DNA from: an uncultured delta proteobacterium
GTDB taxonomy: Bacteria > Desulfobacterota > RBG-13-43-22
Length of the DNA stretch: 64,000 nucleotides
Direction: 5' to 3'
Assembly: GCA_963843145.1 (NCBI GenBank)
Contig: CAWJJC010000002.1
Coordinates: 96,001-160,000 of the forward strand
Each line of letters starts with the position of its first letter. Within the stretch, counting starts at the first letter, position 1. The translations under genes were made by a program, and so were the position numbers. Under the pieces are notes generated by a model. It did not search any database. It was not told the DNA's origin and worked only from the letters and a program-made list of their open reading frames with translations. Of this stretch, positions 10,184 through 20,017 are shown piece after piece.

Positions 10184-11374
10184 GTGGTGAAATTGGCCGA
10201 TAGGGTTTCCTGTATTAAACCCTCATTAACTACAGCCGTGGATACCAAGGCCAAGGCCATGGAAAAAGCTGGTCGGGATGTGGTCAACTTCGGGGTCGGC
10301 GAACCTGATTTTGACACTCCTGAACGCATTAAGGAAGCCGCGATTCAGGCTATTAATGAGGGGTTTACCAAATATACGCCGGTGGGAGGCATCGACGAAC
10401 TCAAAGAGGCGATTCGAACCCGGTTTCAGGAAGACCTGGGTTTATCTTATCAGTTGAATGAAGTAGTCATATCCTGCGGCGGGAAGCACTCGCTGTATAA
10501 TATTGCCCAGGTCCTTTGGGGCCCTGGGGACGAGGTTATTGTCCCGGCCCCCTACTGGGTCTCTTATCCCCCCATGATTCTTTTAGCGGGGGCCACTCCG
10601 GTGATCCTGCCCACTAAGGAAGAAAACGGTTTTAAGGCCACCCCGGAAGAATTGGCCTCGGTGGTCACCAGAAAGACCCGGGCCGTCATCATTAATAGCC
10701 CCTCCAACCCCACGGGTTCCGTCTATAATCGGGGAGAATTGGAAGCCTTGGGCCGCATCATTCTGGAAAAAGACCTCACCGTGGTCAGCGACGACCTTTA
10801 TGACAAGATTATATTTAACGGCCGTTCTTTCGTAAATTTGGCCATGCTGGGGGAGGATTATAGAACCCGAACCCTCATCGTCAATGGGGTATCCAAGGCC
10901 TACGCCATGACCGGCTGGCGAATCGGATATGTCGCCGGTCCAAGGGAAGTCATTGCCGCCATTAACAAAATCCAAAGCCACAGTACTTCCAATCCGACCT
11001 CTATCGCTCAGAAAGCGGCACTGGCGGCGCTGGGGGGACCCCAGGATTTCGTTCAACATCTGCGGCAGGAATTCGACCGTCGCCGGACCTACATCGCGGA
11101 GCGATTAGCCGCTCTGCCGGAGGTCCGAACCTCCCTGCCGGACGGCGCTTTTTATATTTTCCCTAATTTTTCCGCCTATTATCACAAAAAAATAAGTGGG
11201 AAAACTATTAAAGATTCCCTTGAGTTGGCCGATTATCTATTAGAGAAGGCCCAGATCGCCGTAGTCCCCGGGGTGGCATTTGGAGAGGACCAATGCCTCC
11301 GTTTTTCATACGCCACTTCCCTGGCTTTGATTGAAAAGGGAATGGATCGGCTGGAAAAGGTCCTAAAGGGATGA
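10184..11374 (+). CDS. PLP-dependent class I aminotransferase (aspartate aminotransferase-like)
   Basis: GEPDFDTP, NSPSNPTG, SKAYAMTGWRIGY. Confidence 0.95.
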   Translation: MVKLADRVSCIKPSLTTAVDTKAKAMEKAGRDVVNFGVGEPDFDTPERIKEAAIQAINEGFTKYTPVGGIDELKEAIRTRFQEDLGLSYQLNEVVISCGGKHSLYNIAQVLWGPGDEVIVPAPYWVSYPPMILLAGATPVILPTKEENGFKATPEELASVVTRKTRAVIINSPSNPTGSVYNRGELEALGRIILEKDLTVVSDDLYDKIIFNGRSFVNLAMLGEDYRTRTLIVNGVSKAYAMTGWRIGYVAGPREVIAAINKIQSHSTSNPTSIAQKAALAALGGPQDFVQHLRQEFDRRRTYIAERLAALPEVRTSLPDGAFYIFPNFSAYYHKKISGKTIKDSLELADYLLEKAQIAVVPGVAFGEDQCLRFSYATSLALIEKGMDRLEKVLKG

Positions 11375-11486
11375 CCTCTAAGAAAAATATTATTAATTTT
11401 GGACAGAGGAAGATTCCAACTTCCGACGGCGGAGCCTTCTTGGGACCCAAGAAGGCTCCGGACCTCAGGGAAAAGGGTAAGGAATC

Positions 11487-11768
11487 CTAACGAGTGCTGC
11501 GTTTGGAGGCCTTCAAGGGATTAATTTTTTGAGCAGGTTTAGTCGGGGCCTTAGGCTTTATGTGGGTGGCCAGATTGCAGTTGCCGAATTTCCACTTCTG
11601 AGCCGGATCGGGGCAGGAGATGCAAAATTTGCCGCTGGGAAAGTCTTTCGCCCGATCACAGCCGTCGCATTGTTCACTAACCGTCAGGCAGCCGCCACCG
11701 GTAAAGGAGCAACCTTTGGTATTCATGAAAGTGCAGGCCGTCCCGGCCTTTAAGGTTGTACAGTCCAT
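11487..11768 (-). CDS. PxxKW family cysteine-rich small protein
   Basis: Multiple Cys, PAQKW..GNCNLATH and KINPLKASKR tail. Confidence 0.85.
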   Translation of the reverse strand: MDCTTLKAGTACTFMNTKGCSFTGGGCLTVSEQCDGCDRAKDFPSGKFCISCPDPAQKWKFGNCNLATHIKPKAPTKPAQKINPLKASKRSTR

Positions 11769-11854
11769 GGGTTTCACCCCCCTTCTTACTAAAATTTATC
11801 AATCTATAATATTTTTCTTATAAATGTCAATATTTTTTTTAATTATTAATAGCC

Positions 11855-13552
11855 ATGTTTAAAAGTCGCCGCATCGGGGAACTGTTACTCCGGGAAAACA
11901 AGATCACTCCGCAACAACTGCAGGAGGCCCTGGAAGATCAGAAAAGACAGGGGGGGCAACAAAAAATCGGAGCCATCTTGGTCAAGAAAGGATTTGTCAC
12001 CGAAGAAACGCTGACTTTCTTTTTGTCCAAGCACTTTGGTCTGCCTCAGATTCAATTGGAGGGGTTGGTCTTGGATCCGGCGTTGACCGAGGTCATCCCG
12101 GCCCAGGTGGCGCGAAAATATGAAATCTTGCCGATTGGCCGGGATGGGGCCAATTTAAAAATAGCCATCTCCGATCCCTCCAACATTTTTGCCCTGGATG
12201 ACCTGAAATTTCTAACCGGAAGCAACATCCAGCTTTTTTTGGTGTCCGATCATAGTCTCAAGGAGGCCCTCGACAAATATTACACCATCACCGATACCAT
12301 CTCCGATGTCCTGGAAGACATTAAAAACCTGGAGGTGGATGTCATTAAGCCCGAAGAGGACCAGGACGATCTGAGCCTGGAAATGGCCGCCGCGGAAGCC
12401 CCGGTGGTCAAACTGGCCAATTTGATCCTCATGGACGCCATCAAACGGGGGGCCAGCGATATCCATTTTGAGACCTACGATAAGGCCTTCCGGGTTCGTT
12501 ACCGTATCGATGGCGTGCTTTATGAGGTGATGAATCCTCCCCTAAAATTGAAAAACGCGATCATCTCCCGGTTGAAAATCATGTCCAATCTCAATATCGC
12601 CGAAAGAAGGCTCCCGCAGGACGGACGACTGAAGTTGGGGTTCGGCCAGGGCAGAGAGATGGACTTCCGGGTCTCAACGCTACCGACCCTTTTTGGCGAA
12701 AAAGTGGTCCTCCGGCTGATGGATAACCGTGATTCTCGTTTCGACTTAAACCTTCTGGGATTTGAGCCGGAGGCCTTGAAAGAGTTCCAATCGGCCATTC
12801 ATAAGCCTCATGGCATGGTACTGGTCACCGGACCGACGGGCAGCGGCAAAAGCACCACCCTTTACTCGGCCCTGAGAGAATTAAACCAGACCACCCAAAA
12901 TATATCTACCGCTGAAGATCCGGTGGAAATGAATATTATGGGCATCAACCAGGTTCAGATCCACGAAGAGATAGGACTGACTTTCTCCCATACCTTAAGA
13001 TCCTTCCTCCGTCAAGACCCGGATATCATTATGGTCGGTGAAATCCGGGATCGGGATACCGCCGAGATCGCTATCAAAGCGGCCCTCACCGGGCATTTGG
13101 TTCTGAGCACCCTGCATACCAACGATGCCCCTAATACCGTGACTCGCCTTTTGGATATGGGCGTCGAGCCTTTTTTGGTGTCCTCCTCCTTGAACCTGGT
13201 GGTGGCCCAACGTTTAATTCGAACCCTCTGTACCAAATGCAAACAGCGGATCGATGCACCGGAAGAATTGTTTCGAGAATTTAATCTGGATCCCGCGAGC
13301 GTGAGCTTATTCGGAGGCGCCGGTTGTCCGGAATGCAATTTTTCAGGCTATCGGGGCCGGATTGCCATCTATGAAGTGCTGCCTTTCCGCGACGAATTGA
13401 AAGAACTGATCTTCGAACGTTCCTCGGCGGCTGAAATCCGGAAAAAGGCTCGAACCTTAGGGATGATGACCCTTCGGGAAACCGGGATCAATAAGGTGAT
13501 TGCCGGAGTGACGACCTTGGAAGAAGTATTACGAATAACCGAAAGGGAGTAG
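11855..13552 (+). CDS. pilB: Type IV pilus assembly ATPase
   Basis: MshEN-like RIGELL N-terminus, GPTGSGKST, LRQDPDIIMVGEIRD, tetracysteine motif. Confidence 0.96.
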   Translation: MFKSRRIGELLLRENKITPQQLQEALEDQKRQGGQQKIGAILVKKGFVTEETLTFFLSKHFGLPQIQLEGLVLDPALTEVIPAQVARKYEILPIGRDGANLKIAISDPSNIFALDDLKFLTGSNIQLFLVSDHSLKEALDKYYTITDTISDVLEDIKNLEVDVIKPEEDQDDLSLEMAAAEAPVVKLANLILMDAIKRGASDIHFETYDKAFRVRYRIDGVLYEVMNPPLKLKNAIISRLKIMSNLNIAERRLPQDGRLKLGFGQGREMDFRVSTLPTLFGEKVVLRLMDNRDSRFDLNLLGFEPEALKEFQSAIHKPHGMVLVTGPTGSGKSTTLYSALRELNQTTQNISTAEDPVEMNIMGINQVQIHEEIGLTFSHTLRSFLRQDPDIIMVGEIRDRDTAEIAIKAALTGHLVLSTLHTNDAPNTVTRLLDMGVEPFLVSSSLNLVVAQRLIRTLCTKCKQRIDAPEELFREFNLDPASVSLFGGAGCPECNFSGYRGRIAIYEVLPFRDELKELIFERSSAAEIRKKARTLGMMTLRETGINKVIAGVTTLEEVLRITERE

Positions 13553-13554
13553 CC

Positions 13555-14763
13555 ATGCGGACCTATAGCTGGGAAGGAAAATTGAAAACAGGAGAAGTAA
13601 AAAAGGGCGAGCTGGTGGCCGAAACCATTTCCATTGCCCGCATTCAATTGCGCAAGCTGCGTATCACCCCCATTCGGATTCGGGAGAAAAAAGACCAAAC
13701 AAAGGCCGGCTTTTCCATCCGCCGTCGAATTCCCGAAAAGAACATCGTCGTCTTCACCCGCCAGTTTGCCACGATGATTAATGCCGGCCTGCCTTTGGTC
13801 CAATGTTTAAGCATCCTGGCCTCCCAGGAGGAAAACCCGGCCTTTTTAAAGGTCATCTCTCAGGTGAAAGGCGATGTGGAAAGCGGGCAGTCGTTGGCCG
13901 ACGCCCTCAAGAAATTCCCAAAGGTTTTCAATGACTTGTATGTTAATCTGGTGGAGGCCGGGGAAGCAGGTGGAATCTTGGATGTTATTCTCAATCGACT
14001 CTCTGAGTATATTGAGAAGGTGCAAAAGTTGAAAAAAAAGGTCAAGGGGGCGATGGTTTATCCGGCCGTCGTGGTGAGCGTGGCCGTTCTGGTCGTGACC
14101 GTCATCTTAATTTTTGTCATTCCGGTTTTTGAAAAAATGTTCTCCGAGTCCGGCCAGGCCCTCCCGCTTCCAACTCAGATAGTCATTGAACTGAGCCGGT
14201 TCGTCAAAAAGAACATTCTCTTCCTGGGCGTCGGGTTCGGATTTATCCTCTTCCTGCTCAAAAAATTTCATCGAACCTCGGCCGGAAAATACCTGATGGA
14301 CGATTTCTCTCTGCGCATGCCGATTTTCGGGCCTCTGCTGCGCAAGGTGGCCGTTGCCAAATTTGCCCGGACCTTCGGGACCATGGTCAGCAGCGGTGTG
14401 CCCATCCTGGAGGCGTTGGAAATCGTCGCCCGCTCGGCGGGAAACAAGGTCATTGAGAAGGCAATTATCAAAGCCCGCGGCAGCATCAGTCAGGGGAAAA
14501 CCATTGCCGAGCCGTTGACCGAAAGCAAGGTTTTTCCGCCCATGGTTACCCAGATGATTCAGGTGGGGGAATCCTCGGGCGAACTGGATACCATGCTCGG
14601 AAAGATCGCTGACTTTTACGATGATGAAGTCGACGCGGCCGTGAGCACCTTGACCGCCATGCTGGAACCTCTAATGATGGTTCTTCTGGGAGGACTGGTT
14701 GGCGGTTTAGTGGTGGCTATGTATCTGCCCATCTTTAAAATGGCGGCGGTCATTTCCGGATAA
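13555..14763 (+). CDS. pilC: Type IV pilus inner-membrane platform protein
   Basis: FTRQFATMINAGLPL, GEAGGILD, GESSGELD, AMYLPIF. Confidence 0.96.
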   Translation: MRTYSWEGKLKTGEVKKGELVAETISIARIQLRKLRITPIRIREKKDQTKAGFSIRRRIPEKNIVVFTRQFATMINAGLPLVQCLSILASQEENPAFLKVISQVKGDVESGQSLADALKKFPKVFNDLYVNLVEAGEAGGILDVILNRLSEYIEKVQKLKKKVKGAMVYPAVVVSVAVLVVTVILIFVIPVFEKMFSESGQALPLPTQIVIELSRFVKKNILFLGVGFGFILFLLKKFHRTSAGKYLMDDFSLRMPIFGPLLRKVAVAKFARTFGTMVSSGVPILEALEIVARSAGNKVIEKAIIKARGSISQGKTIAEPLTESKVFPPMVTQMIQVGESSGELDTMLGKIADFYDDEVDAAVSTLTAMLEPLMMVLLGGLVGGLVVAMYLPIFKMAAVISG

Positions 14764-14766
14764 GAA

Positions 14767-16464
14767 ATGGAAGGGGATTCCTCTCTGCATCAATGGCTAC
14801 AGGCTAAGTCGGACCTGCTCAGGAAAACCCAATGGCTGATCCTTTGGCGGTTGGTCTTCAGCTCCTTCATGCTGCTGTTGACCATTTTTTTTCATGAAAA
14901 AAAAGACTTCCCCGGAGCTTTCCCCCCGGGACCGCTTTACTTCTTAATCGCCCTGCAATTCTGTTTTTCCCTGGTCTATATCCTGGCCCTGCTCCGTCTC
15001 CAGGCCGTAAAACCCATTGCCGTAGCGCAGTTGTTAATCGACGGATTAATCGTCTCGGGCGTGGTGCTGGTCACCGGAGGCCTGGAAAGCCTTTGGTTCT
15101 ACCTCTATTTTTTCGTGATTTTAACCTCCGGGATCCTCTTTTATCGCCGGGGAGGCGCTCTGATGGCCGCGTACCTCAGTTTATTGTACGGGCTCCTGCT
15201 TCTTTTCCAGTACCAGGGCATCCTGGCCGAATATCTGCCCGGGTATGAAGGGTTATCCTCCTACCGCTGGGGAACTTTTGTTTATCGGTATGGAATGGCC
15301 ACCGCCGGTTTCTTTTTGGTCGGCTATTTGGGCAGTTTTTTCCCGGAGCAATCCTATCGCCAACGAATCGAGTTGGTTGCTCAACGTAAAAATATCGATC
15401 GGTTGGCGGAGTTTAACCACCTGATCCTTCACCATTTGGATATGGGCTTGATCACCTTGGATTCCGGGGAGCACATCCTGAGCATCAATCCGGCCGGGGA
15501 GGCGATTCTGGGGCAAGACACTTCCCGATTAAAAGCTCAACCGGTGCTGGAAATCCTCCCCGGACTTCAGCATATTCCCGGATGGCCTAATCTGCTCCAG
15601 GGGGAACGATTTGAAGTAGACTACCAGCACCCTGACGGCCAGACCCTCTATCTTGGTTTTTCGCTGACCTATCCCAGAGAAGGACAATCCACCGGCCTGG
15701 AAAAAATTATCACTTTTAAAGATTTGACCCAAATTCACGAGATGGAAGATCATCTCCGCCAAATGGACCGGTTGGCCATGATGGGGCAGATGGCCGCCGG
15801 GATCGTCCATGAGATTAAAAACCCGCTGGCCTCGATCAGCGGATCCATTCAAATGATCCGAGAGGAACTGAAAGAGGACGGGCCGGGTGACCGACTAATC
15901 AATCTGGTCTCCCGGGAAGTCGAGAAACTGGATGCCTTGCTCAATGATTTTATCACCTTTGCCCGCCCCTCTCAAACTTCCGAAAAAGGAGTGGATTTAG
16001 ATGAAGTGATCCCTGGAACGATTGAAATGATCCAGAAAAACAAAGGGGTGGCCGGGACGATTCAGTGGGAGCTCAATCTGGAACCGAACCTGGTTTTGAA
16101 AATCCCGCCCAATGAACTTTCCCAAATACTCTGGAATCTGCTGACCAATGCCCTTCAGGCGGTTTCGGAAGGGGGGCATATTCGACTGGTCGGACGACGG
16201 CTCAAGGAAGGCCGTTTTCGGGACGGGGTGGAGATCCGGATAAGGGATGACGGCCCCGGTATCACGGAGGATCAAGGCAAACGAATTTTTGAACCTTTTT
16301 TCACCACCAAAGAAAAAGGCCTGGGCTTGGGATTAAGTATTGTTCAAAAACTGGTTTCCCAGCATCAGGGAATCATCAAAGTGAGTAGTCCCGTGGAAGG
16401 AGGGACCGAATTTATCCTGATTTTTCCCCCTGGGCAGGAAAAAGCGTTGACATTGTCCGAATAA
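14767..16464 (+). CDS. pilS: Membrane PAS/histidine kinase, PilS-like
   Basis: Multi-TM N-terminus, HEIKNPL H-box, NALQA, DDGPG, FFTTK, GLGLGL; follows pilC. Confidence 0.8.
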   Translation: MEGDSSLHQWLQAKSDLLRKTQWLILWRLVFSSFMLLLTIFFHEKKDFPGAFPPGPLYFLIALQFCFSLVYILALLRLQAVKPIAVAQLLIDGLIVSGVVLVTGGLESLWFYLYFFVILTSGILFYRRGGALMAAYLSLLYGLLLLFQYQGILAEYLPGYEGLSSYRWGTFVYRYGMATAGFFLVGYLGSFFPEQSYRQRIELVAQRKNIDRLAEFNHLILHHLDMGLITLDSGEHILSINPAGEAILGQDTSRLKAQPVLEILPGLQHIPGWPNLLQGERFEVDYQHPDGQTLYLGFSLTYPREGQSTGLEKIITFKDLTQIHEMEDHLRQMDRLAMMGQMAAGIVHEIKNPLASISGSIQMIREELKEDGPGDRLINLVSREVEKLDALLNDFITFARPSQTSEKGVDLDEVIPGTIEMIQKNKGVAGTIQWELNLEPNLVLKIPPNELSQILWNLLTNALQAVSEGGHIRLVGRRLKEGRFRDGVEIRIRDDGPGITEDQGKRIFEPFFTTKEKGLGLGLSIVQKLVSQHQGIIKVSSPVEGGTEFILIFPPGQEKALTLSE

Positions 16465-16492
16465 CTGCGTTATGGGAGAAGTTGAGAAAAGG

Positions 16493-16525
16493 GGATTGCT
16501 TCGTCGCTTCGCTCCTCGCAATGAC
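16493..16525. repeat. Short palindromic REP-like interspersed element
   Basis: GGATTGCTTCGTCGCTTCGCTCCTCGCAATGAC, intergenic, imperfect palindrome. Confidence 0.6.
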
Positions 16526-16585
16526 AGTCCGAGGGGGGATTGGCGTGGAACTATCGGTTTTGAACTTTTGGGAAGGATAACCCTG

Positions 16586-17380
16586 ATGACCGGGCCTGAA
16601 AATTTTTTCAATACCTCCGAATGGGCCTTTCAAGATCTGCTGGCCGGAGTGGACCACGTTTGGGAAGTCCTGCCGAAGATCAAAAATTATATCCGAGAAA
16701 CAATCCATCCCAATCTGAAACCGCTTTTCCAAAAAGGCCCCTTCCTGGCCAAAACCGTAGTCCTCTATCAGGGGGATTTATTGGAAGATGGATTTACGCT
16801 GCTCCCCGGCGATGCCACCAAAGGCAATTTTCAGGTCAAATTTGGAGGGATGATACTAGCCGGGGCCACGGTCATTTACGGAGGCGTAACCCTGGCTGGG
16901 GAAGAAATCTCCATCGGAGAAGGGTCCGTGGTGGAATCCGGGGCCTTTATTCAGGGCCCGACCTTGATCGGCCGGCAAACGGAGGTACGGCAGGGGGCCT
17001 ATATCCGCGGGGCCTGCTTAATCGGAGACCGCTGTGTCGTGGGCCACGTCACCGAAATGAAAAATTCGGTTATGCTGGACGGGGCCAAGGCCGGGCATTT
17101 TGCCTATATTGGGGACAGCATTCTGGGAAAGCAGTGCAATCTGGGCGCCGGGACCAAATGTGCCAATTTAAAAATGGTCAAAACCCCCATCACGATAAGG
17201 TGCGACCAAAAGATCTATGAGACGGGGCTGAGGAAATTCGGTGTGGTTATGGGCGACCGGACAGAGACCGGTTGCAACGCCGTGACCAGCCCGGGGACGC
17301 TGCTCGGACCCGGATGTCTGGTGGCCCCCAACGTGACGGTCAAAGGCGGCTACTACCCTCCCAAATCCGTTATTCGCTGA
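16586..17380 (+). CDS. Left-handed beta-helix acyltransferase (GlmU C-terminal-like)
   Basis: Hexapeptide repeats, HFAYIGDSILG..NLGAGT, GLRKFG; ATG 16586. Confidence 0.85.
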   Translation: MTGPENFFNTSEWAFQDLLAGVDHVWEVLPKIKNYIRETIHPNLKPLFQKGPFLAKTVVLYQGDLLEDGFTLLPGDATKGNFQVKFGGMILAGATVIYGGVTLAGEEISIGEGSVVESGAFIQGPTLIGRQTEVRQGAYIRGACLIGDRCVVGHVTEMKNSVMLDGAKAGHFAYIGDSILGKQCNLGAGTKCANLKMVKTPITIRCDQKIYETGLRKFGVVMGDRTETGCNAVTSPGTLLGPGCLVAPNVTVKGGYYPPKSVIR

Positions 17381-17391
17381 GGTTTTCCGGT

Positions 17392-18171
17392 ATGGGTGGA
17401 GCGTGCATTGCTTTCAGTCATCGTTTTAAAGCCTGTCCCGACGTAGTCTTTATTCCCCCCCGTCCCAATTTTTCGGACTTTTCCCCGCGAGAAAAAGACC
17501 TGATCCGAACCGCAGAGAAGATTTATTATCCGAACCCGCTCTATGTGGACGTCTTTCTGACCCTGGGGAAATTGATTTTTCCCAGCCGGGAGACGTACGT
17601 TTATTCGGGGGATAAAATCAAACAGACCGTCCTTTTTCAACTCTTACGGATTCCCCATCCTCAAACCCGATTTTATTTTGGACGTCAAAAAGACCGGATC
17701 CCCGGAGAATTCCCCTTTCCTTTTATCGCTAAGATCCCTCGGGGGTCTTCCATGGGGGAGGGGGTTTATTTGATCACTAATGAAACCGAATTAGGGCACT
17801 ATAAGGACCGAAACCCGGTGGCCTATATCCAGGAATACCTTCCTCTGGAAAGAGACCTGCGGGTTGTTCTGATCAATCACCAGGTGATCCTGGCCTATTG
17901 GAAGAAAGGCCGGCCGGGTGAATTTCGCCACAACCTGGCCCAGGGAGGCGAGCTGGATTTTGAGGAGATTCCTGGCGAGGCCTTGCGATTCGCCCAAGAG
18001 GTTACCCGGGCTTGCAATTTTAATGACGTGGGTTTGGATTTATGCCATACTGAAAAAGACGGCTGGATGGTCATGGAAGCCAATATGAACTACGGCCGGC
18101 AGGGCTTGGCCAGCCGGGGATTCATACTGTCGGAGGTCTACCGCTCTCTGGTGGAGAAAGGCGCTATCTAA
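17392..18171 (+). CDS. RimK-like ATP-grasp ligase
   Basis: DKIKQT, PFIAKIPRGSSMGEGV, YIQEYL, RDLRVV, FRHNLAQGG, MEAN. Confidence 0.85.
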   Translation: MGGACIAFSHRFKACPDVVFIPPRPNFSDFSPREKDLIRTAEKIYYPNPLYVDVFLTLGKLIFPSRETYVYSGDKIKQTVLFQLLRIPHPQTRFYFGRQKDRIPGEFPFPFIAKIPRGSSMGEGVYLITNETELGHYKDRNPVAYIQEYLPLERDLRVVLINHQVILAYWKKGRPGEFRHNLAQGGELDFEEIPGEALRFAQEVTRACNFNDVGLDLCHTEKDGWMVMEANMNYGRQGLASRGFILSEVYRSLVEKGAI

Positions 18172-18183
18172 TTGAAGATCTTT

Positions 18184-18251
18184 AAATCCGAAATTCGAAG
18201 CACGAAATCCGAAACAAGCACGTCGGATTTCGAAATTCGGATTTCGAATTT
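18184..18251. repeat. Degenerate heptamer (AAATTCG-like) palindromic repeat; related copies at 56631-56663, 62112-62137, 42973-43000
   Basis: 18184-18216 matches the reverse complement of 56631-56663 at about 29/33 nt. Confidence 0.65.
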
Positions 18252-18276
18252 GGACCAATAGTATTGGTTAGATTTT

Positions 18277-18699
18277 ATGATCGCCATCGACTTGAAATGT
18301 TCTCAAGACCACTGCTTTGAGGGCTGGTTTGCCGGTCTTGAGGTCTTTTATCAGCAGCAGAAGGACGGGGAAATTCAATGCCCCATTTGTGACGACCATC
18401 AAATTTCCCGGATCCTCTCCCCGGTAGCCATTCGCCGGCATGGGGCTGCGCCGCCCCAAACCGTTCCGGAAGCTAAGCCGGGAGCCGCTCTGACCAAGCA
18501 ATGGCAGGAGCTGAAAACGTACCTCCAAGAGCATTTCGAGGAGGTGGGAACGGATTTTGCCAAAGAAGCGTTGAAAATGCACTACGGGGCCACGGAAAAA
18601 CGAAATATCAAGGGATCCTCCACGGCCCAGGAGGAAGAAGTCCTTCAAAAAGAAGGGGTAGAATTCTTCAAAATCCCGATGCTCAAAGAAGGGAACTGA
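18277..18699 (+). CDS. DUF1178 family protein
   Basis: MI..DLKC...H.FEGWF, CPIC, EVG.DFAKEALKMHYG. Confidence 0.9.
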   Translation: MIAIDLKCSQDHCFEGWFAGLEVFYQQQKDGEIQCPICDDHQISRILSPVAIRRHGAAPPQTVPEAKPGAALTKQWQELKTYLQEHFEEVGTDFAKEALKMHYGATEKRNIKGSSTAQEEEVLQKEGVEFFKIPMLKEGN

Positions 18700-18879
18700 C
18701 CTTTATCTTTGCATAAAAATTTGGCGAAAGGCATGGATAAATTTATTTTTACCCTTCGGGAAAGCCGGGGAGGCCTCATCTCCTTTGTTCTCCAGGGCTT
18801 GCAGTATAAGGTATACCACTTCGCCCTGGACGCCTCGGATCTGCGGCCTCCGCGACTTTTGCAAAAATAAGGTCCGCGG

Positions 18880-19569
18880 ATGGCCCTTAGCCGGCCGAAG
18901 CAAATTCAAATTTCCCTGGCGGCCAATTTGGCCTACGGCCTCTGTAAACTCTGGTTTTCCACCTGCCGCGTTAAAATTCTCCAGCCGGAAATCCATCAAC
19001 AATGGGCGTTAGGACCTCGGCCCTACATCGGCGCCACCTGGCACCGAGGGGCCATCTTCTATTGCTATTACTACGGCCCGCAGCATCACCAGGTCATGTT
19101 CAGCCAGAGCGAGGATGGAGAATATTTGGCCCGCTTCGCCCAAAAATGCGGCATGATACCGGTGCGGGGCTCTTCCACCCGGGGCGGGGAGCGGGCGCTG
19201 GTCCAAATGATCCGGCACCTGCGCCAGGGTCGGGGGCACTGCGCCACGGTCCTGGATGGGCCCCAGGGGCCGCGCTTCGTCGCCAAAAAAGGGTTGCTGG
19301 TCCTGGCCAAAAATACCGGGGCCCCGCTTCTGCCGGGTAACTGGTCCGCTTCCCGGGCCATCACCCTGGAAAGAACCTGGGACCGGACCATGGTCCCGGC
19401 CCCTTTCAGCCGGATCGCCATCGCCTACGGAGAGCCCCTGTTCATCCCCCGGGATTGCTCCGAGGATGATCTGGAGGGTTTCCGTCTGGAACTCGAAACC
19501 CGTATGAATAATGCGATGCGGGAAGCGGATGATCATTGCGGGTACAGGACCCGCTGGCTGAATTCTTAG
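18880..19569 (+). CDS. DUF374 / lysophospholipid acyltransferase family protein
   Basis: WH, S.SEDGE, RGSSTRGG, DGPQGP, WDR..VP.PF. Confidence 0.88.
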   Translation: MALSRPKQIQISLAANLAYGLCKLWFSTCRVKILQPEIHQQWALGPRPYIGATWHRGAIFYCYYYGPQHHQVMFSQSEDGEYLARFAQKCGMIPVRGSSTRGGERALVQMIRHLRQGRGHCATVLDGPQGPRFVAKKGLLVLAKNTGAPLLPGNWSASRAITLERTWDRTMVPAPFSRIAIAYGEPLFIPRDCSEDDLEGFRLELETRMNNAMREADDHCGYRTRWLNS

Positions 19570-19894
19570 GGTTGCGTTTAGGGCTGTCTCCACCATTCCT
19601 GGGAACCGTGATTTATTATCGCCGCCATTTTCAACCGAGGGATATCATCACCCGTGTTGAAACTTGCTTCCTGTAATCGTTTAAGTTGCCAATTCATAGA
19701 AATGAAAGAGTACAAACGCAAATCGTTGAAAGATGCCCCCCAGTAAGGGTTCCCGCCATAGCGAAAAATCTCCCTATTTATTATTCTCGAAACCTTGAAT
19801 AATGGGGGCCATTCAAAGGCCAGATCAATAAGGTAACCTGTCTTCCAGCAACGCCAATTTGGCTTAAAGGGGAGCCAGCAAATAGAGGAAATTA

Positions 19895-19930
19895 GGAAAC
19901 CCCGTTTCTCAAGCGAGAGAGGGGGTTTTT
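19895..19930 (+). terminator. Terminator-like hairpin upstream of module 1 cargo
   Basis: AAACCCCGTTTCTC-AAGC-GAGAGAGGGGGTTTTT; homologous copy at 26559. Confidence 0.7.
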
Positions 19931-20017
19931 GATTTTTCCCCTGATACAACAACGAAGGAAGCGAGTCCCTTTCTACGGAGATTCCTGGGCATTAAACAAC
20001 AAAAAAGGAGGTTCGCA

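Noticed and set aside
19570-19666. A right-end core upstream of the first module
   Set aside because: No TGTAGGTG match; only GAGGGATATCA is shared with one spacer, so the left boundary of the island is uncertain.
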